From an uncultured Clostridia bacterium (GTDB lineage Bacteria > Bacillota > Clostridia > Christensenellales > CAG-917): a stretch of DNA of 64,000 nucleotides. Each line of letters opens with the position of its first letter. Within the stretch, counting starts at the first letter, position 1. The notes beneath the pieces are model-generated. The model had not been told where the DNA came from and made no database searches. It was given only the letters and a program-made list of their open reading frames with translations. Below, in pieces: positions 36,501 through 48,500 of this stretch. A program made the position numbers and the translations under genes. Where the stretch lies: contig CANQNQ010000001.1 of the NCBI GenBank assembly GCA_947625225.1, positions 225,900-289,899 on the forward strand, given 5' to 3'.

Positions 36501-39500
36501 ATCTACAGCGGCGGATACTACTATCCCATCCTCAGCGCGGACTACAACCATTCCGCAATGCTGCATTTGACCAATCCCTTTGACGGCACGACCAGCGTGG
36601 TGCCAAAGACTTCGTTTACGGGTTACGTGCTGGACTTCACCTATGCAAACACCGCATACTTCGGCACTTCCACAACGGAAACATATCCCGACGGCAGAAC
36701 GTACAAGGGCAAGGAAGTCAACTTTGGCAGCCACACCGGCGGCGGTATAGAATATCGCACGATGCACCGCGCGCCCGGCGCGGCAATGGGCATAGGCACC
36801 TACGTGCCCGGCGTTATGCACGCAGGTACTTATCAGGTGTCCTTCATCTCGTCGCGCAACGCGGCTTCTTCGGGCGAAACAAATGAGGATTTTGACAAGA
36901 CAGGTGTGTATTTTGCCGCAAACAACTTCGCGTTTTCATCGGCGGTAAATATTTATGTCGCGCCCACGGGCGCGGAGGTCAGATTGACCGACGCCGCGCA
37001 GGCAGACTTCACATTCCGCGGCACGACGTTCTCCAACGAGGACGTGGTGCTGTTTGACAACACTTCCAACACGGGAGTCAACCCCCACATCGACAGCACC
37101 GCCAACATGGTGTACTACAACTTCGGCGCACTGAAGTACGAGGCGGGCATTTACGATATCCGCACGGGCTTGTACTACACGATGGCGCAGGTCAGGGATT
37201 GGGACAACGTCCGTCCGCTGGGCAGAGTAGCCCCCGCAGATATGGCAACCCAAGAGGACGCGGATAAACGACAACAGGATGCCGCAAACGCAAAGGGCGT
37301 GCCGTTTATATCCACATTGCAGGACAGCGATCTGGACGACGCGCCTGTCGTGACCTGGGATAAAACGTACTCAGGTACCATTTTAGACGGTGCAACATTC
37401 AATTCGGCAGCATCAACATACGATACGTTGGACCCCGCTACAAACGCGGATCTGGTGGCGAAATTCGAAGAGCTGTATCAGAGACCGCTGCACATGGAAT
37501 CCACCGGCAAGCTGGTGTACATCATCGACGCGGCAAAATCTTTCACCCAAGACCCCAACGACGGCAACCCCATCAACGCGGACCGCTATGTGGTGCTGGT
37601 CATGCTGGACCTCGACGTCGGCTATGACGACTACGATTATGAGTTCGATCAGGACGAGCAGCACCTCGTCGGCTTGGCGGGAGACAGCGCGTATTTCTGG
37701 GCGTTTGAGTTCACAGTCGACCCCGCGGAAATTGATCCCTACGAGGGCGTGAGGACGGGTGATAAGAATACGCTGGTCACCATCACCAAAGAGGTCAACT
37801 TCAACGCGAGGAACTACGCCGCCGCGACAGGTCCGGACAAGAAGGCGCTGTTTGAAAACGGCGTGGCTGTCACAAACGCTCAGCACGTGCAGGCAAACAT
37901 CCCCACGGTAAACTACATGGCGCAGTCCGACTTCCAGCTGGTGGCGGGCGTGGACTATGACGTGGAGTTCCTTGACGGCTACGACTACACCAACGCTTCC
38001 GTCAACTACGGCGAGGGCGCAACGGCGTTGAATTACAGCACGGCGCGCAACCTGCCCGTCAAGCTGACCTTCAAGGGCAACTTTGTAAACAACAGACATG
38101 AGGGCGCAAAATCCGACGCCTACGCGAGAAAACCCGTCGCCAAATCGGACGGCGCGGCGGATCCCATCGAGACCACGGACGGCGCGTTCTACGTGTACTT
38201 CAACATCAAGCCCGTCAAGGTGACCGTCACGGCAAACGTCACCCGCACCTACGACAATCTCGCGCAGGACGTCGGCACGTATGATAATGTCACGGACGGC
38301 TACACTTCGCTTATAAAGGTCGACGCAGACGCGGTCGCGGGGCAGAGCGGCAAATATATGCTGGACTCCACCACCGTCACCTACGACGTGGCGGATTACG
38401 CGTTGCCCGCGGGCGCAACGCTGGAAGTGTGGGCGTACGCGCTTAAGACCAAGGTCGACGTGAGCAACTACCAGCTCAAGACCGCAAATTATACACTTGG
38501 GGGCGAAAATCCCGTCAACATCACAGCCGCAACGGGCGTGGTGTGGCAGTTTGGCTACTCCTCTACCGTCGATGGCGAGACCAATGTGAGCAATTGCGAG
38601 TGGCTGCACGGCACCTATGGAACGGACAATGTGTTTGGCGAGGCGCTCGGCAACTATGCGGGCGTGGCGGTGTCGGACTTCATCCCCAACTTCGTCATAG
38701 ACGAGGCGGGCTCCTCCATCAACGAGACCATCTTCGCAAAGAACATCGAGAACGAGTTCGGCATGGTCACGGAGGCGGACGGCAAGACGTATGCGCATAT
38801 GAGCGCTTCCGACGGCACAACGCTGACGAGTGGCGAGCTTGGACTTGAGTACGCCTATGCAGGCGAGAGTTGGGAGTATCGTCCCGCGATCACGCTGAAG
38901 TACGCGCCTTATTATAATCAAGATACAGATAAAGTATTTTATAATTATTCAACTTTAATAGTGCTGCAGCAGCGGAGCGACTACTCGCTCAACTACGTTG
39001 CCAACGTGCACGCGGGCACCGCTTCCGTGCAGGTCAGCGGCTTGGGCAACTACACGGGTATGCTGACGCTCACATTCACCATAACCCCCGCCGAACTGAC
39101 CGCGCGCTTTAAGGACGTTTCGCCCGTGTACAACACGCAGGAGCAGCCCGTCACCATAGAATACGAAAACGTCAGCACGTATGGGGCAAAGACATCCGAA
39201 GGAGGCCCGCTTTACAACAGCGACCCGAATGCGAAATTTGATGAGCCCGTACCGTCCACGGCGGCGATCCATGTCACCTACAACGACTCCGAGGCTCGCC
39301 CCGTCAACGCAGGCGAATACACGGTGAAAGTTGCGCTGGACGGCGCCAACTACAACTTTAAAGAGGACACGGCAGAGGGGTATGTCTATTTGAATCCCGA
39401 CACCGACGACCATACCGGAGCGACCTCGGCGAAAGAGTATACCATATCGCCGAAGGACATTTCCGACGGCCCCGGCGGCGTTTCCAAGCCGGCAGATCTC

Positions 39501-42500
39501 GGCGGCGGCACATACACTGACGCGCAGTTGAAGCTGACAGGCGGCTACAGCGCAACCAACGTTTACACCGGCGCGGCCGTCAACCTGCTGATGACGCTCA
39601 GCTACCATCCCGAAGCGTTGCCCGACGGCAGAACGCTGGGTCGCAACACGGATTACGAGCTTTCATATCAATACAAGGCGCCCGGCAAAGACAGCTTTAC
39701 GGACATTGCTGCCGATAAAGCCGTCGATGTGGGCACCTACCGCGTCACGATAACGGCGAAAGAGCCCGGCAACTACACGGGCAGCTTTGTCGTGGACATC
39801 GAGATCACGCCCGCCCAGATCAGCGTTTCGCTGGAAAACTATTCCGGCGCCGCGATCACCTATGACGGCAACCCGCACCAGCTCAACGTCATCTTCAAGA
39901 GCGACACGACGTCCAGCAGCATAGTCCCCGTGGCGGTGGACGCGGCAAGGCTTGTCGGCGCTTACAATACCATTTATCAGAGGATAAACGGCAACGACGA
40001 AACCAGCGTGGCGAGCGATTCCGAGTTCACACTGCAATACGCTTTCAGCAATAAGGTTCTCGCCGGCTTAAATCATGGGGATTGGCACAACAAGTTCACC
40101 AATGCGGGCAACTATACCGTCACGGTGACGCTTGCCGAAAACGGCAACTTCGTATTCGCAGGCGGCGTATACACATCAGGCGCGCTCACATACAAAATCG
40201 ACCCCGCGACCATACAGGTTAGGGACCTCGGCTCGGCGTACTATGCGCGCCAAGGCATCGATCCGTTTGTGGACAGCGTCAGCGGCGCGGACGTCAACGT
40301 GTTTTACAATCCAACCGGCGTCGTTGTGCCTGCGCTGGAGCATGTGGGCAAGACATACACGGCGTTGGGCTGGACTCAGCCTAAACTGATGGCACAAACT
40401 TCCTTGCCGAACGGTTTGCCGTACAGCGCGGACATGTATGATGTGACGCTCACGCTTCAAAACTCATTCGATGGCGAAGAAAGCGATTGGTACGCGGACG
40501 CGGTGAACTTCAAGTTCGAAGTAAACACATACGTTGAACAAAAGGCCAATAAGATAGAATGGGGAGAAGGAACCCAAACTCTTGACTTCAGCAAATTAGA
40601 AACTGTTTCGAATGAGACTCGCAAACAAAGTGGCGGCGACGTTTCGCTGGACACGCCCTTCCTGGTCAAGCGTTTGCCCATAAACGTCGCTCAGACGGTG
40701 AGCAGCAACCTCTACAACGACCGTAACCACCTCATCAACAAAAACGACACCGCAACCGAATTGCTGACGGGGTTGATGGGGCAGATGACCATAACTTCCG
40801 ACCAAGCGCTGGACAGTTCCGACCTCGGCTACATTTTGACGATCGTCAAGGCAAACTCTGACGGCGCCAATGACGGCTATACCATCACAATCAACTTCGG
40901 CGGCGTGTATCACTACGATACTTCCCAAGGCGGTGCCACCGGTCGATGGACGGCGGCAAGCTATTCTATAGACTTCAACGATAATAGACCCAAGAGTACT
41001 TTCACGGGTACGCCGGACGCAAGCGGCGTAATCGATTTGCTCAAAAAGCTGCGTGATGAAGAGCTGGAGAAAAACAAGCTGTTGACCAACGCGGGCACGT
41101 ACAGCATCAAGTTCAGCCTGTCCACCGCCAACTTCTCCATCACCGACGCGAGCGACGATGTCTACAATATCCAAAAGGACTTCACCTACGACATCACCCC
41201 CGTGCAGATAAGGCACACAGGCTTTGCCACGGTGACGTTCAACAACGCTCAGCAGCCCGTAACTTTCAACGACAATTCGTTTGAAACCATTGGCGGCGGC
41301 GAGTTTGACGGCACAAGACTGCTTAAGTACCTCATCATTGGCGATACAGGTGAATATCCGCAGCCGGATGGGGATAGCGCCTGGAAATATAACGACTTGC
41401 GCCTGGAGTACGATGTGTCGAGCAGCGGCTCAAAAGACGAATGGTTGAACGGCGGCAATCCCTTCAACGCGGGCACATACACCGTCAAGATGACCCTGCT
41501 CAGCGGCAACTTCGCGTTCATCTCGGCAAACGGCATCAGTCTGGACGAGGCGGTCGCGGTGGCGGATGAATACATCCTCGTCAACACCGCGTACTATGTT
41601 ATCAATCCGTTTGACATCTCGTTGGGCGGGCTGCAGTTCCTGTTCCCCAACGCGATATACGACAGCACGGCTTGGGAGCCGATGCCTTTGAAGAAAGGCG
41701 ATGTTTGGTTTGACACACAAAAGGATAAGAATTATGAGAATCTCAAGAATTATGAGCCTGTATGGGAAAAGGATCCCAAGGTAAGTGGCACCGGCCGCTA
41801 CGATTATACGCTGGCATACTTCAACAACACTTACGCCTACGTGCACAATGACGGCGACTACAGCGGCGCGCCCACGGTCACGGTCACGGGCAACGGCAAC
41901 CTGACGGGCAGCTACAACTACTACTTCAACATATATCCGCGCAAGCTGAACCTTACGCTCTCGGTGCAGTCCTCCATATACGGCGACGACATCGTGGTGA
42001 ACAGCATGCGTGAAAACGCATTCAGTTGGGATAGCAAAACGACAAATACTTATAACGATGATACAACCGAGCATTGGACGTTGAGTGAAATGGGAGAAAC
42101 CCTGCTTGACAGAATCACTGCCGCAAAGGTAAACGACATCGCTTCAAGCGACGTCATCAACCTTACGCTCGAGCTGCATTACCATGATCCCATAACCGGC
42201 GAATGGGTGCGTTACGGCGATAAAGGCACACCTGTGCTCAACGCGGGCAACTACAGGCTGTTTGTCACGCAGGAAAGCGTGGACAAAAACCCCAACTACC
42301 GGCTGGGATTCCTCAATGAAGACCCCTCTGATGGTTGGTATTATGCCGAAACTCCGTTTGAAACCGAGGGTTATGCCAACAAGGACAACCCCGGTTGCTA
42401 CACGGTCATTCCGCGCACGCTCAACATCAACGTCAACAGGGATATGTTCAGCTACGTCTACGGCACGGACATCACGTTGTCCGGGCGCGCCTACCTGTTG

Positions 42501-45500
42501 GACGACAAAAACGCCGCCGATTGGGCGACCATAATCAGCTCCAACAGCGTAAACGGCAGAACGTTGGTGGTGGAAGGGGACGTGCTCAGCTTCACGCTTT
42601 CCGTCAAGGAAGGCGGCCCGAAGAAGGGCAGCCCCGTGGGCACATATTCGGACAAAATTGATTTTGCCGGTCAGACCGATCGCAAGGACGAGTTTGCCAA
42701 CGAGAACTACACACCCATATTCAACGAGAACGTCATCACCATCACCAAACGTCCGTTGACGGTCACAGTGAAGCCTCAGTCTCACGAGTACAACAACAAA
42801 GAACCTGTCATCAAGGAACCCAATTATCAAGGTGACAATTGGAAGAGCGAGATGGAGACGTACTTCACGTTTGAGCCTGTCAACAAGGAAGGCACTACGG
42901 GTCTGTATACGGACGAATTCGACGTTGTACACTATCCAAAGATAGACCTTGATATATTCAACCGTGACAGCTACACAAAGTGGAATGCCACAGTGTACAA
43001 CTTTGTGGGTTATCCCATTGAAGAGTATGAGGACATGCTCAACTACTCCATCAACTTCCTTGGCACCAGCGTAAGAGGTTATGAGTACGGCGGAGCGGCG
43101 GAGTTCACCATCACGCCCAGACCTATAAAGATAACTCCTACCCCCAAGAACTACTACTATTACGACGGTCTCAATCCCGATCCCGCAGGGGAGAGAAATG
43201 ACAATTGGAAGAACACCGACTACACAGACGCGTACAACGGCTCTGTGGAAGGCGAGACCATGGGTAGACTGCACGAAAAGGCCGACGACCCCGACAGTCC
43301 TCTTGAGGATCCGCACATTCAACTTATGAAGGCGGCGGGCGTCGACGCGGGCGATTACGATATACTTTGCCAGCGCGTTGTCGGCGATTGGTACAACAAC
43401 TATGATGTCACCATAGACCCCGAAAGCACAAGTAAATTCACCATCAACCCCAGGGTGATCTATATCAGGATAAAGGACGATCTGACCTCTGTCTACGGCA
43501 CGTACAACTATGTCGCACGCGGCTCTGCGCTCAAGGTGGGCAGCGCGCTGCTCAACACCTACAACGAGGTTTGGGAGTACGACAACGCACCCGCCGACCA
43601 CGTAAAAGGCTTCAGCGCGGAAACCAACGACCTGCTCAGCGACGTCAACTATCTGGCGTTCTATCTCGGCGTATTGCGCAACGACAAGACGGACGCGGCG
43701 GCGGACGGTTCTCCCGAAAGCCTTGCTCGTTGGGCGTCCGTCGGCAAGTACCCCATCGTGGGCGGCTGGGCAGTCAACCTTGACCCCGACAACCGTATAA
43801 AGAAAAACTACGACGTGCACTTCACGGGCAGCTGGGACGATGAAGCTTCCGATCCCGCCATAATGAAGAACCTTGAGGACAGCTACACGCAGGGCGCGGG
43901 CACTTATACCATCACCCCCGCCGATATAACCTGGACGGGCAACGACAGCCGCGTCGGCGAATTCCGCGAGGAAGGCGTGGACGAGCTTGTCCTCACCTCT
44001 ACCGACCTCAGATTTGCGGGTGACGTCACCTGGGACGGCCATGACGGCGAGGTGGAGATCACCTACGAGGAGCCCACGTTCAACGGCACGGAAGCCGATC
44101 CGCAAAAGAGCGTGAGCCAATTTGCCGATCCCGACGATCATCCCAACACAGGCAGTCATTATGTGCCCATCACCGAGGGCATGTGGACAATTGTGGTCAA
44201 TGTCACGGCGGCAAACCACAACCCGTTTACCGTCACGCTGGTGCTCACCATTTCGCCGCAGGTCATCACACTCACCCTGTCCGGCGATGCGTATGAGGTG
44301 TTCTACGGCGAAGAGGGCTGGGACGTCATTCGCAACGCGGACGGCTCCTTCTCGATAACCGATCATATAAACGAAGTGCTGTATCAACTGTTGTTCACCG
44401 CCTATGACGGACATTCTCCCTTTGTTACGAATGTGACGTGGAAGCGAGACGGCGTAGATGTCGAGTGGGAAGATCCCGACAACCTGCAATTCCTGAAGGA
44501 CAACCTCAAGTTCAGGTTGATCCCCACCTCGGGAGCGATGGGCAGCACCTCAAACAGGCTCAACGCGGGCGACTACAGAGTTGCGCTGGTGCCCACGGGC
44601 ATTGCTGCGGACTTGACCACCGAAAGCGAGAGGCTGACGGTGTTGAGAGTCAAGCCTATCAACCTCAGGTTCAAATACACCGCGGCATACGCTCCCGATA
44701 AAGATGACGTCATCTGGAAGTGGAACGGCAATGGTTATGATCAAAGCAGGAAAATGTACTATGACGGCAAGGCGCACGCAATTTCGCTGATCGAATACTA
44801 TGGCGAATACGAAAAGAACGGCGAGCTGCACACGGTGGACCTTAAGAAGACCGACGCGGGCACGGACAACGTCACGGCAAGCGTCAGCACCTATATCAAG
44901 TCAGGCAACACGCTGTATGTCCCGCGCGTTGTGGATGAATACTACTCCATAGTTACGGGATGGTCGGGCAGCGACCGCAACAACTACAAGTTGGATGCAG
45001 AAGATGAGATCCACAACAGTATAGAATTCAAAATTTTGCCCGCACTGGTGCATATACGCATAAAGAATTTCGAGGCGCGCTACGGCGACCTGCGCAAAGC
45101 CGATATGTCCACGGCGCTTGTGGGCAATTGGGAATATTTTGACAAAGCCGAGTTGATGTCGGAAAGCGACGAGTTTACCAACGAGGAGATAGTCCTCAAT
45201 TGGTATGCCCAAGACACCGATTACGTTGGCGACACCTACCTCAGTGCAGGAGAATACGCCATTACGGGTATGTACACGGGCACCAACTACACGGTGGAGT
45301 TTGTGGGCGAGGACGGCAACCATTGGGAAGGCGAACGTCCGTTCGGTTACGATGAACCCAATCAGGCCGGTAAACTGACCGTAACACAGCGCACGGTGGT
45401 GATCGCACTTAAAAACATCACCGCCACCTATGGCGACTACTACCTCGGCAATGAGTCCACGCCTAAAAATACGGAATGGCAGGTGCTGCTGGCGGGCAAC

Positions 45501-48500
45501 CACAACGACGCGTTCTATCGAGTGGCGCTGTGGGATACCGTGGAGGACAGAGCCGACCTGAACGGCACGGCGGTGTTCCAGGCGGACAACCTGTACATCA
45601 CGCTCAGCATCCAGGCAACCCCCGCCGATTGCGCCATGCCGATGATGGGCTTTGACGCAAGCGCATATTGGTACTATCTGAAGGCGACCGAGGAGGGCGC
45701 GAGCTACACCATAACAGGCAGCTACGACAACGACAACTACGATATAAAGTTCATGGGGCAGGATTATTGGGACGAAAACTCGCCGCACATGGATCTTGAG
45801 CATACCACCGCAAAGTTGACCGTTAACAAGAAGGAAGTTGAGTACGTGTTGTATGGCGGCTATTTCACATACGGGCAAGTCAACCTGGACAACGAATTTG
45901 TCGGCGCATTTATGTCTCAAGCGCCATTGCCCGGCGACGACCTCCATGTGACCAGCGCGCTCTACCACGCGGACGGCACTCCCGTCAGCAACGAGCTTGA
46001 CAGCGCGGACCGCAACAGGATGGGCTATCTGCATGCGGGCGAGTACGTCGTGGTCGGCAGCTTTGACAACAGCAACTACACGGTTTCGTTCTTTGGCAAC
46101 TGGATGGCGGAAGGATACTTTGAGGTCGGCAAAGCCGGTAGACTGGAAATAGGACAGAAACAGGTCAACGTAATAGTTTTGCCCAGCGAATCCGTCTACG
46201 GCGAGGACATAATTTGGCTTTATGAAGTGGAGGATTGGGAAACGGCGGCGGTGCCCGGCGATGTGCTTGAAAACGGCTTTGCGCAATTGGGCATCTCCTT
46301 CAAGCTGGAGAACAACAGCCTGAAATACCCCGAGGTCAACGTTGCGGGATATTACATCACATACGACCGCGAGGCGGCAAAGGACGACAACTACATCGCG
46401 TTTGTCAAAAACGACAGGCAAGTGTTGCACAAGGTCACCCCGCGCTATATCGATATCACGCTTGCGGGCGCGCAGTGCGAATACGGCGATGAGGAGGATA
46501 TAGGCGATCACTGGGTGGCGACCAACGCCATATCCACCTACCTCAACAGCGCGATCGCCCTCAACGGTACAGTCGGCACAGACGAGGCTATACCCGACAA
46601 CCTGGGAGTTAATTGGTACATTGAGAACTATGTGTCTACGATCAGCCCGGTCAACAGCTATCGGGTAGAGGTAAGGATAAGCAACAGAAACTACATCCTC
46701 TACACTCCCGGCGACGACTATGGGCAGTACTACTCCTCGGAGCCCTTCAGAGTGGTGCCGCGCAGGATACAGATAGGCTTCACGGGCGAGCTTACAAGCC
46801 AATACGGCGATCCGCTCACCGTGGGCAGCATAGATTCGCTTGTCCTCACCCGTCCCGACGGACTTGCGGGCGACGCGGTGGTCAACGGCGATCAGCTGGG
46901 CTTCAGCTTCAACATCCCGTTCAACTCCCGCAGCGACGTGGGCGTCTACACCTTCGACGTGCTGTACAACAACGATCCCAACTATCAGCCGGTGGATTGG
47001 CATGCGCTGGAGTACACCATAACCGCGCGCAAGATACTCGTTACGCTGGGCGATATGGAGGGCGAGTACGGCGACACGCCCGCTCCCGCCACCTACACCG
47101 CAGTCAGGCGCGACGGTCTCGCGGGTGACGCCGTTATGGAAGGCGACGCAATGCCCTTTGTCATCGATATAACCGCTTTTGACCCGCATGCCGTGGGCAC
47201 CACATTCAAAGTGTCAGGCAACGCGTATGACGGCAGCGAGCTTATAGACCCCAACTACGACATACAGTTTGTGGACGGCACGGGCAGCTACACGCTGAAC
47301 AAGCGCAGGGTGTTTGTCGAGGTCACGGGCGGCAGCAGCGAGTACGGCGATCCCATCGGCGAGATAGGCTGGACGGCGCATCACCGCACCGCGGAGGGCG
47401 GCATTGACGACAGCAAGCCCGGATTTGTCAACGACGACGAATACGACTTTGAGTTCGTCACCGGCGCGCACATCGGCGACAACATCGGCACCTACAACGT
47501 GGAGCAGAGGTACAGCAATTACAACGACACCCTCTACGACGTGGTGGTGGATCCCAACCTCAACGACAAGTACGAGATAGTGCGCAGGGTGGTCATCATC
47601 GAGGTGACAAAACCGATGACGGCGGTTTACGGCGATATGCCGGACGCTATCGGCGCGGAGGACCTCATCCTTAAGCGCAGCAACGGCAGCATGGAGAACG
47701 TGTGGTACGGCGAAGAGTATGCCACCATCGTCCCCGATCCCAGCGAGTTGCTCTCGCAGGGCAGGCTGCATGCGGGCAGATACGAGGTGCCGCTTGAGAT
47801 CAGCTTCGGAAATCCCGATTGGGAAAAGAACTACGACATCCGCACGGACGAAGTGGCGTATATCATAGAGCCTCGTCCCATCGAGGTGGAGCTTACCGGC
47901 CACCGCAAGGTGTACGACGGCGAGGCGATCTCCGTCGGAAGCGAGCAAGACGTGGATTGGCGCATCACAAGCGGCGAAGTGCTCGAGGGCGATACGCTTG
48001 GCGTAAGCCTGGCCGTTCCGTCCACAGCGGACGCAGGACAGTACGTCATTGCGGGCGATTGGGACAACAACGACTACGCGCTGACCTTCAAGGGCGACAT
48101 TGAGGACGTGGCAAAGTACTACGTAGACCGTCGCGCCATCACCGTGACCGTGCTTGACAAGGAGAAATACTACGACCGCGGAGCGATCTCCGTGGGCAGC
48201 GTGGAGGGCGAAGATTGGACGCTTACCGCAGGCACGATGTGCGCGGTCCCCGCGGGCATCACGCTGTCTGTCGAGGCCGCTACGGACGTCGACGACTACA
48301 CCATCCACGGCGACTACACCAACAAGAACTACGACGTGACGTTCATCCTCGGCACATATCACATACTGCAGGCGAAGAACAGATGGGTGCACGAGTTCAG
48401 CGTGTTCGAGATGGAGGAGGGCGAGACCCTCTACGAGGAGCAGATACCCACCGCCAGGTTTGGCAACGCCGTCATCGAGTACTTCCTTGACGAGGCGTGC